DNA of 40,506 nucleotides, from contig CAYWJX010000004.1 of the NCBI GenBank assembly GCA_964459335.1, positions 1-40,506 of the forward strand, written 5' to 3'. This stretch comes from an uncultured Candidatus Saccharibacteria bacterium. GTDB lineage: Bacteria > Patescibacteriota > Minisyncoccia > Phycocordibacterales > SBAW01. The position numbers and the translations under genes are program-made. Positions 9,472-18,453 of the stretch are shown piece by piece. The notes under the pieces are model-generated. The model was not told the DNA's origin, searched no databases, and saw only the letters and a program-made list of their open reading frames with translations. Positions within the stretch are counted from its first letter, which is position 1. Every line of letters starts with the position of its first letter.

Positions 9472-10196
9472 GGATTAGTTTGTACCTCTATATAGTGCAA
9501 CGAAAATAAGTTAACGGGAAGCTGTACATACAATGTGATAAAAGAGGAGCCCACTTCCTGACTTACATGAGACACCGACCCCACAAACGTCGAGCCGATG
9601 CCGGGCAAAACAATGGAGTCGCCTACCTTAACCGGCGTGTCGGCAGGAACCTCACCCGACATCGAGCCGGCACCTTGACCTGCAAGCGAAACGGGTACAC
9701 TGCCGTTGAGGAGCGCGTCGTATGTTTCGCCGGGGCTCGAGAGGAGTGTTACGCGCGAGGTGGTATCGTACACCTCGCTCACCGTGCCAACGACCGAGGT
9801 CCCTCCTGCAAACACTAAATCGCCCGGCGTTATATTATCTTGTTTGCCGATGTCTATAATAAGTGTGTCGTACGGTATGCCAGGCGGTTTTTGGAGCACT
9901 GCGCCAAGGACGCTGTGGTTGCTGGCACTGCGACCGAGCAGTTGTTTAAGCTCGGTATTTTCTGCATACAACGCGTTGCGGTCGGCAAGCGCCGCCGTGG
10001 TGGATGCAAGTTCGGCGCGCAAGACGGTATCCGTGTTTACACCAAGTGAATTACGAAATGTTATTACCGGAGAGACGGCGTTCCAAAAAAAATTACTTAT
10101 ACTACTGCGTAGGAGCACCGCAAGTACGATAACGCACGCGGTAAAAAAAAGAATTAACCAAAAACGGTTCCGATGTTTAGAAGATGTCGTCGTCAT
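9468..10196 (-). CDS. mreC: Rod shape-determining protein MreC
   Basis: TM, coiled coil ENTELKQLL, YDTLIIDIG..D..GD.V, VGTVSEV; follows mreB. Confidence 0.88.
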   Translation of the reverse strand: MTTTSSKHRNRFWLILFFTACVIVLAVLLRSSISNFFWNAVSPVITFRNSLGVNTDTVLRAELASTTAALADRNALYAENTELKQLLGRSASNHSVLGAVLQKPPGIPYDTLIIDIGKQDNITPGDLVFAGGTSVVGTVSEVYDTTSRVTLLSSPGETYDALLNGSVPVSLAGQGAGSMSGEVPADTPVKVGDSIVLPGIGSTFVGSVSHVSQEVGSSFITLYVQLPVNLFSLHYIEVQTNP

Positions 10197-11232
10197 GTTC
10201 GAGGAATACGTCGCGATGCGCTTCCAAATTTTCCAAAATGACCCCCGTGCCGCGCGCCACAGCGGTGAGCGGATCGTCGGCTACTATGACCGGCACCTTG
10301 AGCCATTGCGCGAGCAGGCTGTCGAGCCCTTTGAGCAGAGCACCGCCACCCACGAGCACTAACCCCGCGTGCATGATGTCGGATAAAATTTCGGGCGGCG
10401 TTGTCTCGAGCACCTCGCGCACCGACTCAACGAGCGTGTCTATCGATTGTGAGATAGCCTCGCGGATGTCCGAGTCGGTAATGATAATCTCGCGCGGCAA
10501 CCCGGTAATGAGATCGCGACCGCGCACGATGGCCTCCATGTGCTCGCCGCCTTCGATGGCGGTGCCTATTGCCATTTTTACGTTTTCGGCAGTCTTCTCG
10601 CCTATTAAAATTTTAAACTCGGAGCGCACGTACGAAATGATGTCTTGGTTGAGTTTGTCGCCGGCCACGCGCAAATTTTTGGAGCGGACGATGCCGCCCA
10701 AACTAATAACCGCAATATCAACCGTCCCGCCGCCGATGTCGACAATCATGCTCCCCATCGCCTCGCGCACGGGCAAGCGTATGCCAAGCGCCGCCGCCAT
10801 AGGCTCCTCTACTATATGTACCTCGCGCGCGCCCGCGTTTTGCGCCGCATCTTTAACGGCGCGTATCTCCACGTTGGTAATGCCGGAGGGTACGCCGATG
10901 ACCGCGCGCGGGCCCAGCATCCGACGCGATACGCCTTGTGCGCGATTAATTAAATACGCGAGCATCTCCTCGGTTGCCTCAAAGTCGGACACAACGCCGT
11001 CGATAAGCGGGCGTACGGCGACAAGATGCCCCGGTGTGCGACCGAGCATCGCCTTTGCTTCGGTGCCCACTGCTACCACCTGGCCGGTTTTTTGATTGAC
11101 CGCCACGACCGACGGCTCGGTCACCACAATGCCCTTGCCGCGCAAATACACCAGCGTGTTAGCCGTACCAAGGTCAATGCCTACATCGTTGGATATAAGC
11201 GGCAAAAATCGGTTTTGAAAATTTTTAAACAT
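10177..11232 (-). CDS. mreB: Rod shape-determining protein MreB (operon copy)
   Basis: IDLGTANT, EEPMAAA, VDIGGGT, GGGALL, VARGTG. Confidence 0.96.
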   Translation of the reverse strand: MFKNFQNRFLPLISNDVGIDLGTANTLVYLRGKGIVVTEPSVVAVNQKTGQVVAVGTEAKAMLGRTPGHLVAVRPLIDGVVSDFEATEEMLAYLINRAQGVSRRMLGPRAVIGVPSGITNVEIRAVKDAAQNAGAREVHIVEEPMAAALGIRLPVREAMGSMIVDIGGGTVDIAVISLGGIVRSKNLRVAGDKLNQDIISYVRSEFKILIGEKTAENVKMAIGTAIEGGEHMEAIVRGRDLITGLPREIIITDSDIREAISQSIDTLVESVREVLETTPPEILSDIMHAGLVLVGGGALLKGLDSLLAQWLKVPVIVADDPLTAVARGTGVILENLEAHRDVFLEHDDDIF

Positions 11233-11253
11233 CGAAATATGCGGAGGGTTCAG

Positions 11254-12507
11254 CTATGCGGTCAGATGTCCTATCAGCTCTTGCAAACTTTTGTGCGACA
11301 CTTTGCCGCTTGCACGCTCAACACACTCAAACTTGCCGGCGGCCAAGGTTTTTTCGGACACCACAACGCGGAGCGGCAACCCGAGTAAGTCGCTGTCGGC
11401 AAATTTTTCACCGGCGCGCGCGTCGCGGTCGTCCCACAACACCTCGATGCCCGCCGAAGTAAGCTCTTGATACAATTCTTTAGCTTCGTTGGCGACATCC
11501 TCGTTGTCTTGGCTGAGCTCCACCAAATGCACACGAAACGGTGCAACGCTCTCGGGCCACACGATGCCCTTTTCGTCGGCAAACTTCTCCACCAACAAAC
11601 CCATGAGGCGCGTAATACCAATGCCGTAGGAGCCCATCCACACGGGCACCTCCTCGCCCTTTTCGTTTTTATAATAAAGGCCAAGATCCTCCGATTTTTG
11701 TGTGCCAAAGTTAAAAATGTTACCCACCTCGGCTGTTTTTACCTCTGTTAACTCCGCACGCGTCACGTTAAGAGATTTGAGCGTCTCATCGTTGAGCACC
11801 TCCTCATTAATAGCAATCTTTTTTTCTTTATTGATATAGATAGTATCCTCGCCGGTGTCGACAACCGTTTGAAACTCGTGGCTAAACTGCGTAAATGCGC
11901 CGCCCGAGGCAAAGGTAACAAACGTATCCTCGCCTAGCCCCACGCGCTCGAACACGCGCAAGTACGCCTCTATCGACTCGTTGTAAAATTTGGTGTGATC
12001 GGCCTCGCCCACGCAAAAAGAGTATGCATCCTTCATAACAAACTCTTTGCCGCGCATGATGCCGCTTTTTGCGCGCAACTCGTTGCGCAATTTTGTTTGG
12101 AACTGATACACCACTATCGGCAAGTCTTTATAGCTCGCGATGTAGTTTTTCATCATCTCGGCAATCGGCTCCTCGTGTGACCAGCCAAAGCCCACCTCGC
12201 CGCCCGCTTTGAGCGCCGACTTAAACCACACATCAACTACCTCGTCGCTCCAACGCGAGGTCTTTTCCCACAGCTCTTTGCGCTGGAGGCTTGTCATGAT
12301 AATTTCCTGACAGCCTATTTTGTCCATCTCTTCGCGCACGATTGATTTTATTTTTTCGACAACACGAAGGCCGAGCGGCAAATACGCGTACACGCCGGCC
12401 ATCTCTTTGTGGATATACCCCGCGCGGATTAAAAGCTGTGCGTTTTTAGCGACCTCGTCCTTAGGAGCCTCCCGACGCGTTTTTGTAAAAAGTTGTGATT
12501 GGCGCAT
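11254..12507 (-). CDS. proS: Prolyl-tRNA synthetase (short, no editing domain)
   Basis: LLIRAGYI, FQTKLRNELRAKSGIMRGKEF, GSYGIGITR, DDRDARAGEKFADSDLLG. Confidence 0.95.
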   Translation of the reverse strand: MRQSQLFTKTRREAPKDEVAKNAQLLIRAGYIHKEMAGVYAYLPLGLRVVEKIKSIVREEMDKIGCQEIIMTSLQRKELWEKTSRWSDEVVDVWFKSALKAGGEVGFGWSHEEPIAEMMKNYIASYKDLPIVVYQFQTKLRNELRAKSGIMRGKEFVMKDAYSFCVGEADHTKFYNESIEAYLRVFERVGLGEDTFVTFASGGAFTQFSHEFQTVVDTGEDTIYINKEKKIAINEEVLNDETLKSLNVTRAELTEVKTAEVGNIFNFGTQKSEDLGLYYKNEKGEEVPVWMGSYGIGITRLMGLLVEKFADEKGIVWPESVAPFRVHLVELSQDNEDVANEAKELYQELTSAGIEVLWDDRDARAGEKFADSDLLGLPLRVVVSEKTLAAGKFECVERASGKVSHKSLQELIGHLTA

Positions 12508-12560
12508 ATGTGCCTATTCTACTGGCAATAGCAGAGCAAGGCAAAAAAATCCACGCACTA

Positions 12561-12590
12561 TTGACAAAAAGAGCTAAAACATGCTTTAAT
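12561..12590 (+). promoter_or_regulatory. sigma70-type promoter
   Basis: TTGACA-N18-TTTAAT. Confidence 0.55.
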
Positions 12591-12655
12591 TGTCCCAGAC
12601 TTCTTTCAAAGGTAGGAAGCAGACTGGGCTCACGCCCACACTAGGGAGATGTGTC

Positions 12656-13582
12656 ATGTTGAATGCAACTGGCGAACAGACTTCTGTCGTGCGTAATCAG
12701 TGGGGAGTTTCCAGAGAGAAAATGGTCATCGACTGGAAACACCCGCTCGGTACGATTCGAACCGATGTACGTCGATTCACAATCGGTGGGATCATCCAGA
12801 AAAGCCCGAGCACGTGGGCACCGATTATTTTGGGGCAAGACAAGCCAGACAGCATAGAGCTTGATTTTGCCCACGAAGTACGGGGTGACGTTTTCGTTCT
12901 GTGCATTCGAGAAAATGCAATTATTGAAGACGTCACACGAGGCGGAATCCCTTCAGTCGAAATGCCCATCGAATGGGACAACGGCATACCCCATACGCCT
13001 CAAAAAGAGAAGGGTCATTTTGATCTCATCCTTCTCAAAACGGACGGCACATTCATCCAAATCGAACCATCTGTCGCCACGCGCAACGGAAGGTTCTGGG
13101 TGTGCAAACAAGCAATCTTTGGCGGAGTGTTCGTCAAAGACGCTATGGGGCACATCATCGTAGTACCTTCGAATGCAGAAAACAACTACCCCGGCGTCGA
13201 TTACCTGAACTCGAAAATGTGCAGAGACGCGGCACCCGAACTTCTGAAGTTTGCAGCAGAGCATTGCAAACTTGCCGATATTCACACGGTCAAGGTCCCC
13301 CGTTGGGAACCGAACTGGAGCAAACCTCTTTCCGACCAAATGAAAAAGAACGGTTGGGTTAGGGCGGCCGTCCTTTTCTTCAATGTGGTGAACGGCTGGG
13401 GAATCGTACTCTGCGAAGACGGAAGGTCTTGCTTCGTCCACTTTAAGGACATTATGGACGAGTATGGCAAACCGATCTTCTCTCAAGGCGAGTTCCCTAT
13501 CTTGCAGCCGATGAGCGGCGTTGCCATCAAATACAAAGAAGAAGGCAATAAACGCAAAGCGACTGCAGTGCGCATCGTCTAA
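12656..13582 (+). CDS. Hypothetical protein with a C-terminal cold-shock (OB-fold) domain
   Basis: GGGAG upstream of ATG 12656; C-terminus FFNVVNGWGIV...CFVHFKDI...ATAVRIV resembles CSD RNP1/RNP2. Confidence 0.75.
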   Translation: MLNATGEQTSVVRNQWGVSREKMVIDWKHPLGTIRTDVRRFTIGGIIQKSPSTWAPIILGQDKPDSIELDFAHEVRGDVFVLCIRENAIIEDVTRGGIPSVEMPIEWDNGIPHTPQKEKGHFDLILLKTDGTFIQIEPSVATRNGRFWVCKQAIFGGVFVKDAMGHIIVVPSNAENNYPGVDYLNSKMCRDAAPELLKFAAEHCKLADIHTVKVPRWEPNWSKPLSDQMKKNGWVRAAVLFFNVVNGWGIVLCEDGRSCFVHFKDIMDEYGKPIFSQGEFPILQPMSGVAIKYKEEGNKRKATAVRIV

Positions 13583-13605
13583 CCGTCACTGACGGAACAA
13601 AAAAC

Positions 13606-13643
13606 AACGAGCAGAGAGGTTATCGTCCTCCTGCTCGTTTTTA
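13606..13643. terminator. Intrinsic terminator, probably bidirectional
   Basis: AACGAGCAG...CTGCTCGTT stem with T-run after and A-run before. Confidence 0.7.
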
Positions 13644-13658
13644 TTTTCATATATAAAG

Positions 13659-14768
13659 TTACCCTATGAGGCGCACAATGTCGTGGTAGGACACGACCAC
13701 CATAAGTAGGATGAGGAGCGCAAAGCCGACCATCGTGGCCTTCATCACAAGGCTCGGGCGTATCGGGCGGCGGATTATTGCCTCGATGATAATGATAAGC
13801 AAGCGGCCACCGTCGAGGCCGGGGATTGGTATGAGGTTGATGATTGCGAGGTTAATTGAGATGAGCGCGGTTAAGAGCGCCGCCGCAACCCAGCCTTGCT
13901 TGAGTGTTGCTGCACCAAATACCGTGATACCGATAGGGCCCGCCACCTGGCTAAAGTCGGCGGTGCCGGTTATCAGTTGCTTAAAAAATGTAGCAAGACC
14001 CTGTGCCGTGTTGATGGTAATGTCGTAGCCAAGTACCGCGCCTTGGAGCAGAGCCTGCGGGGGTGCGAGCCTTAGTGTGCCCACATCGGAAAGTTCAACA
14101 CCTATTGCTTTGTGCCCGGGAATTATGCCATCCTCAGCTTTAGCCAAAAATGATTTTTGTACGCCATCGCGCGACACGGTGACAATGACGCTCTCGTTTT
14201 GATGCGCCAAAATAAAGTTGGTGACGGTGTCAGCGGCGCCGGAGTTCTCTGTTTGGACAAGCGAGCGCACATCGAGCGCGGCTGTGGCGGTTTGGACCTC
14301 CTCTATTTGGTCGCTTGCGAGGAGGCCGGACTTTTCGGCCGGAGAGTTGGGTAATACATCGGTTATAAGTACCTGCACGTTGGTAACGGTGCCAAAGGTT
14401 TGAGTACCGGGCGAGGTTGGGATGCCCGCCAGGTAGCCTGCCGAGAGTACGAGCCATGCAAAGAGGAGATTAAACACGATGCCCGCGACAATCACGGCCG
14501 CTTGCACATAGCGCGGCTTGTTTACAAAACTGCGGGGCTCCATTTGCCCCTCGTTGTAGTTTTCGCCAAAGATTTTTACAAACCCGCCAAACGGCAGCCA
14601 GTTGATAGAGTACTCGGTCTCCCCTTTTTTAAAGCTCGCGATGCGCGGCGGAAAAAAGATGCCAAACTCGTCGACGCGTATGCCGCACAATTTTGCAACG
14701 ATAAAGTGCCCAAACTCGTGCACAATAACGAGCACCACCAAAATGAGAATAAAGTAGACGAGGGTCAT
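13659..14768 (-). CDS. rseP: Site-2 (RIP) metalloprotease RseP, family M50 with PDZ domain
   Basis: HEFGH, NLIPIPGLDGG, PDZ-like VLPNSPAEKSGL, VAGPIGI. Confidence 0.93.
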   Translation of the reverse strand: MTLVYFILILVVLVIVHEFGHFIVAKLCGIRVDEFGIFFPPRIASFKKGETEYSINWLPFGGFVKIFGENYNEGQMEPRSFVNKPRYVQAAVIVAGIVFNLLFAWLVLSAGYLAGIPTSPGTQTFGTVTNVQVLITDVLPNSPAEKSGLLASDQIEEVQTATAALDVRSLVQTENSGAADTVTNFILAHQNESVIVTVSRDGVQKSFLAKAEDGIIPGHKAIGVELSDVGTLRLAPPQALLQGAVLGYDITINTAQGLATFFKQLITGTADFSQVAGPIGITVFGAATLKQGWVAAALLTALISINLAIINLIPIPGLDGGRLLIIIIEAIIRRPIRPSLVMKATMVGFALLILLMVVVSYHDIVRLIG

Positions 14769-14784
14769 GTGCCTTATGATAGCA

Positions 14785-15336
14785 CTAGCCCGCTATCTCC
14801 TTCTCCTTCCGCGCGAGTGCGGTGTCAAAGGCGGCATTGGCCGCGTCAACGCGCTTTTGCATGTCTTCTTTTGCTTTAAACTTGTCATCTTCGGGCATAT
14901 GCCCCTCGCGCTCCAGTTTTTGGATGTCGCTCCACACCTCGTCGCGCGCGGAGCGCAATGCTGTGCGCAGTTCTTCAACTTTTTCTTTTGCAATTTTGAG
15001 GAGCGACATGCGGCGCTCCGATGTGAGCTCGGGGAAAAATACGCGGATGCCCTTTTCGTCCATGCCGACCGAGAGGCCGAGGTTTGCGGTTGTTATTGCC
15101 TTTTCAATTTCTTTGGCTAGGGCTTTATCCCACGGCACAATGCGCAAGGTGCGCGCGTCTTCAATCGATATATTGGCCACCTGCGTTATCGGCACACGCG
15201 TGCCATAACTCTCTACCAACACACCGTCGAGTATCGCCGGCCCCGCGCGCCCGGTGCGTACAGATGCCAACTCTTTAGTAAGCCGCTCGGTAATCTCCGC
15301 AATCCGCTTATCAAAAACTTTAAAATCGTATGCCAT
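14785..15336 (-). CDS. frr: Ribosome recycling factor
   Basis: VRTGRAGPAILD, IRVFFPELTSERR, RSARD; start at MAYDF (15336). Confidence 0.95.
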   Translation of the reverse strand: MAYDFKVFDKRIAEITERLTKELASVRTGRAGPAILDGVLVESYGTRVPITQVANISIEDARTLRIVPWDKALAKEIEKAITTANLGLSVGMDEKGIRVFFPELTSERRMSLLKIAKEKVEELRTALRSARDEVWSDIQKLEREGHMPEDDKFKAKEDMQKRVDAANAAFDTALARKEKEIAG

Positions 15337-15349
15337 ATATAATAGTATA

Positions 15350-16027
15350 TCAAACTCTAAATATGTTGGCCGCAGGCGGGTAGATTTTGACCAACGGGTC
15401 TTTATCGGTGTCATATATACGCGCGGGAGCCATCCGCCTGCCATACCAGATAACGCGGTGGGTAAACGCGCGCCACTCTTTGTGAGGCAGGAGTTGCATC
15501 AAATCTTTTTCGATTTTTTCGGGTGTTTTTTCGCTTGAGAGGTCAAAACGTTTTACAAACCGTACGACGTGCGTGTCCACAGTAACACCTGCAAGTATGC
15601 CAAACGCCTCGGCAAGCACGACATTGGCGGTTTTGCGCGCAACACCCGGTAAACGCAACAATTCTTCCATTGTTTTAGGAACTCGGCCCGCAGCCTCTTC
15701 TTTTATTATCCTTGCCGAGGCAAGGATGTTTTTTGCTTTGTTGCGATAAAACCCCGACGCAAAAATATCTTTTTCAAACTCGCGCTTCCCACGCGCGCTT
15801 GCACCTGCGCGCACATAAGCGTCGAGCGTTTTGTATTTTTTAAACAACTTTTCGGTAATTTTGTTGACCTGCTTGTCGGTCGATTGCGCGGAGAGTTGTA
15901 CAGCCACCAAAAGCTCCCACGGCGTTTTGTAATTGAGCTCAATTGCCGCATTGGGATACAACTTGGTAAGCGCACAGCTTAGCTTTTGCACGCGCAACTT
16001 TCTTTCTTGTAGTTTTTTAGGAGTCAT
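15350..16027 (-). CDS. nth: Endonuclease III, lacking the Fe-S cluster cysteines
   Basis: LLVAVQLSAQSTD, LPGVARKTANVV (HhH, catalytic Lys), VDTHV (catalytic Asp). Confidence 0.9.
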   Translation of the reverse strand: MTPKKLQERKLRVQKLSCALTKLYPNAAIELNYKTPWELLVAVQLSAQSTDKQVNKITEKLFKKYKTLDAYVRAGASARGKREFEKDIFASGFYRNKAKNILASARIIKEEAAGRVPKTMEELLRLPGVARKTANVVLAEAFGILAGVTVDTHVVRFVKRFDLSSEKTPEKIEKDLMQLLPHKEWRAFTHRVIWYGRRMAPARIYDTDKDPLVKIYPPAANIFRV

Positions 16028-16054
16028 AAGGACACTATGATATATCATAGTGAG

Positions 16055-16744
16055 TTATATCTTTGGCAGTACCAAGGCTAAATGCTCGAGCAACATTTTA
16101 AACGACGGCGAGCGGTCGCCTGCGTAGGAGCGCACCTTTGCAATATCCTCGAGCGCTTCGCGAAACTCTTTTTTGCCTTGTGATTGCAAGAGTTTTGTGT
16201 GGAGCTCGGTTTCGAGCCCGTTTACAAAAGCCCGCACGCGCTCTCGGGCGCCTTCGTCGTCTTTGAGCAACTCGGTAATAGCCGCACTCCGTGTTTTGTA
16301 TGGAGATTTTAGGAAAGTTAAAATTTGCTGAGCAAAAATGTCTGGTTGAGACGAAGATTTGGGAGCTAAACTCCCAAGGGAGTTTAGCTCCCTTACGTAT
16401 GGGTATGCGAGCATGCGCGAACGTAGTGTTGGCAACAGCACTCCATGTGGTAGCACGAGTACGAGCGTTAGTCCTGCCCGCGGCTCTTCAAGCAATTTGA
16501 GCAACGCTTGTTGCGCCTCAGTAGTAATTGACGAAATCGCGATAATAAAAAAGCTCTTTTCTCCCGCCGATTTAAACGATGCAAGAGTCCTTAGCTCCGC
16601 CGCTTCCTCAACACCAAATTTTTCGTATGCTCGCTCTAAAAAATCGGGGTCGTTCGGTTTGATATGCTCGCGTGCACGCACGTCATCACTCACCTCCCGT
16701 AAGAGATGCGTTTCGCCTTCTAAAAAATAAGCATGGTGAGTCAT
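16055..16744 (-). CDS. holB: DNA polymerase III delta-prime-like subunit
   Basis: HAYFLEG, AQQALLKLLEEP, LLPTLRSR; Walker A degenerate. Confidence 0.72.
   Translation of the reverse strand: MTHHAYFLEGETHLLREVSDDVRAREHIKPNDPDFLERAYEKFGVEEAAELRTLASFKSAGEKSFFIIAISSITTEAQQALLKLLEEPRAGLTLVLVLPHGVLLPTLRSRMLAYPYVRELNSLGSLAPKSSSQPDIFAQQILTFLKSPYKTRSAAITELLKDDEGARERVRAFVNGLETELHTKLLQSQGKKEFREALEDIAKVRSYAGDRSPSFKMLLEHLALVLPKI
16361..16392. repeat. 32-bp palindromic element inside holB
   Basis: GGGAGCTAAACTCCC-AA-GGGAGTTTAGCTCCC: perfect 15-bp inverted repeat, each half itself a hairpin. Confidence 0.8.
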
Positions 16745-16758
16745 TGGGTAAATTATAA

Positions 16759-16832
16759 GCTCCAAAAAAGATTTGTATTTTGTGAGCGCTGCGAGCTGCC
16801 AAGGGGAGCAAAATATAAATCTTTTTAGGAGC
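16759..16832 (+). repeat. Long intergenic hairpin, copy A
   Basis: 25-bp stem (2 G-T pairs, 1 mismatch) around the 24-nt loop GAGCGCTGCGAGCTGCCAAGGGGA. Confidence 0.85.
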
Positions 16833-17845
16833 TACCTTTTAGTAATGATGGCTTTTTTGTACGTATCGAGATGGTTGAGCGCAATACCCGTGCCGCGCGC
16901 CACGCAATAAAGCGGGTCCTCGGCCACGGTGGCTTTGACACCCGTGCGGCGGAGCACGAGCTCGGGAAAGTTGCGTAACAACGAGGTGCCCCCTGTCATG
17001 ATGATACCTCTATCAATAATGTCGGATGCCAGCTCGGGCGGCGTTTCTTGCAACACATCGCGTATCGCTTTGATTATCTCACGGAGCTCTTTGCCGATGG
17101 CTTTAACAATGTCGTTGGTTTTAATCTCAACCGTGCGCGGGAGCCCCGAGATAAAATCGCGGCCGCGCACCATCACCACAAGCTCCTCCTCCATCGGCAC
17201 CGCCGAGCCGATGGCGATTTTGACATCCTCGGCGGTCTTCTCACCGATCCCGAGGTTGTATGTTTTTTTAATATAATCGGCAATCGCGTGGTCGAGTTTG
17301 TCGCCCGCGCATTTAACGCTCGTGGAAGCAACGATGCCGCCGAGGCTAATCACCGCCACGTCGCAGGTTCCGCCGCCGAGGTCCACCACCATGTTGCCGC
17401 GTGCCTCTTGTATCGGAATGCCTGCGCCGATGGCCGCAAGCACCGACTCTTTAACCACGTACGCGCTTTTTGCACCCGCGCGTATCGCGGCCTCAACCAC
17501 TGCTCTACGCTCGGTTGAGGTAACGCCGGTGGGCACGCTAATCATCACCTCCGGTTTAAAAAACTGGAAGCGGCCGAGCGCCTTTTGGATAAAATAACGC
17601 AACATTGCTTGCGTCACGCGATAGTCCGCAATCACGCCGTCGCGGAGCGGCCGGTACGCGACAATCTCGCCCGGCGTGCGGCCTATCATCTCTTTGGCGG
17701 CAAAACCCACCGCCAAAATGCGCTTGTCTACTTCGGATATTGCCACCACCGAAGGCTCGTTGAGGATGACGCCCTTGCCGGGCACAAACACCAGCGTGTT
17801 GGCGGTGCCGAGGTCAATGCCGAGTTTTGGAGTAAAAAAGGCCAT
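16832..17845 (-). CDS. mreB: MreB/Mbl-family actin-like ATPase, second paralog
   Basis: GIDLGTANT, VDLGGGT, GGTSLLR, VARGTG; stand-alone copy. Confidence 0.93.
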   Translation of the reverse strand: MAFFTPKLGIDLGTANTLVFVPGKGVILNEPSVVAISEVDKRILAVGFAAKEMIGRTPGEIVAYRPLRDGVIADYRVTQAMLRYFIQKALGRFQFFKPEVMISVPTGVTSTERRAVVEAAIRAGAKSAYVVKESVLAAIGAGIPIQEARGNMVVDLGGGTCDVAVISLGGIVASTSVKCAGDKLDHAIADYIKKTYNLGIGEKTAEDVKIAIGSAVPMEEELVVMVRGRDFISGLPRTVEIKTNDIVKAIGKELREIIKAIRDVLQETPPELASDIIDRGIIMTGGTSLLRNFPELVLRRTGVKATVAEDPLYCVARGTGIALNHLDTYKKAIITKR

Positions 17846-17892
17846 AAATCACAGCAATGATACTGGATATGACGCAACATAACAAATCTTGC

Positions 17893-17921
17893 TTGACAAA
17901 GCTACTATATACCAGTACAAT
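17893..17921 (+). promoter_or_regulatory. sigma70-type promoter
   Basis: TTGACA-N17-TACAAT. Confidence 0.65.
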
Positions 17922-18064
17922 GATAACTAGATTCGCAGAACAAAGAGAGGCTCATCACGAGCCTCCAAACACAACAATAGAATCATGACGATAAAGCCGG
18001 AAGGTGAAATAAGGCACCATCCAATCGCAGTCTATCCAAAGCCAACAGTAGCAAGGAGACAATC

Positions 18065-18385
18065 ATGCGCGTAGTACCTGAGGGAGGACTTCATTCCCCA
18101 CTGTGGCGTTCGAAACTTGATGCGTCGGAGGGACAAAAAAACCGTATTGCACGGGAAGCCCTCAATCTTCTTAAAGTAATCGAAAATGAGCTGAACCCTG
18201 AGGGATTCACGCTTGAAGAGATGAGGGAAGAAGGCTTCGGCCTCGAGATTGACGAGAAGCGCTTCAACCTTCTCTTTGGTTTCCTCAAGGACATGGGATA
18301 TGTGGAGGCAATCGATGAAGACGGGAGCCAATATCGGTTGAACCAGGAGAAGCTGGCTCCTCCAATTCCGTCGTACCCGGTGTAA
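18065..18385 (+). CDS. Hypothetical protein (106 aa), possibly winged-helix-like
   Basis: AAGGAG RBS, own promoter and terminator; LKDMGYVE...YRL pattern. Confidence 0.65.
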   Translation: MRVVPEGGLHSPLWRSKLDASEGQKNRIAREALNLLKVIENELNPEGFTLEEMREEGFGLEIDEKRFNLLFGFLKDMGYVEAIDEDGSQYRLNQEKLAPPIPSYPV

Positions 18386-18411
18386 ACCGGCATTTGATTC
18401 GAAACAGACTT

Positions 18412-18443
18412 AAAGCCGCGGTCCAAAAGACCGCGACTTTTTC
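18412..18443. terminator. Intrinsic terminator
   Basis: AAAG-C-CGCGGTC caaaa GACCGCG-A-CTTT followed by T-run. Confidence 0.7.
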
Positions 18444-18453
18444 TTTTTGAACA

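Noticed and set aside
10184-11095. Long antisense ORFs over mreB (also 18926-19861 over murA and 25322-26188 over the recombinase)
   Set aside because: Typical shadow frames of GC-moderate genes; no motifs or start signals.
15337-15444. N-terminal extension of frr
   Set aside because: Overlaps the nth 3' end; homology begins at MAYDF.
15752-15758. CCCCGAC inside nth
   Set aside because: No partner GTCGGGG arm; encodes normal ASGFY sequence.
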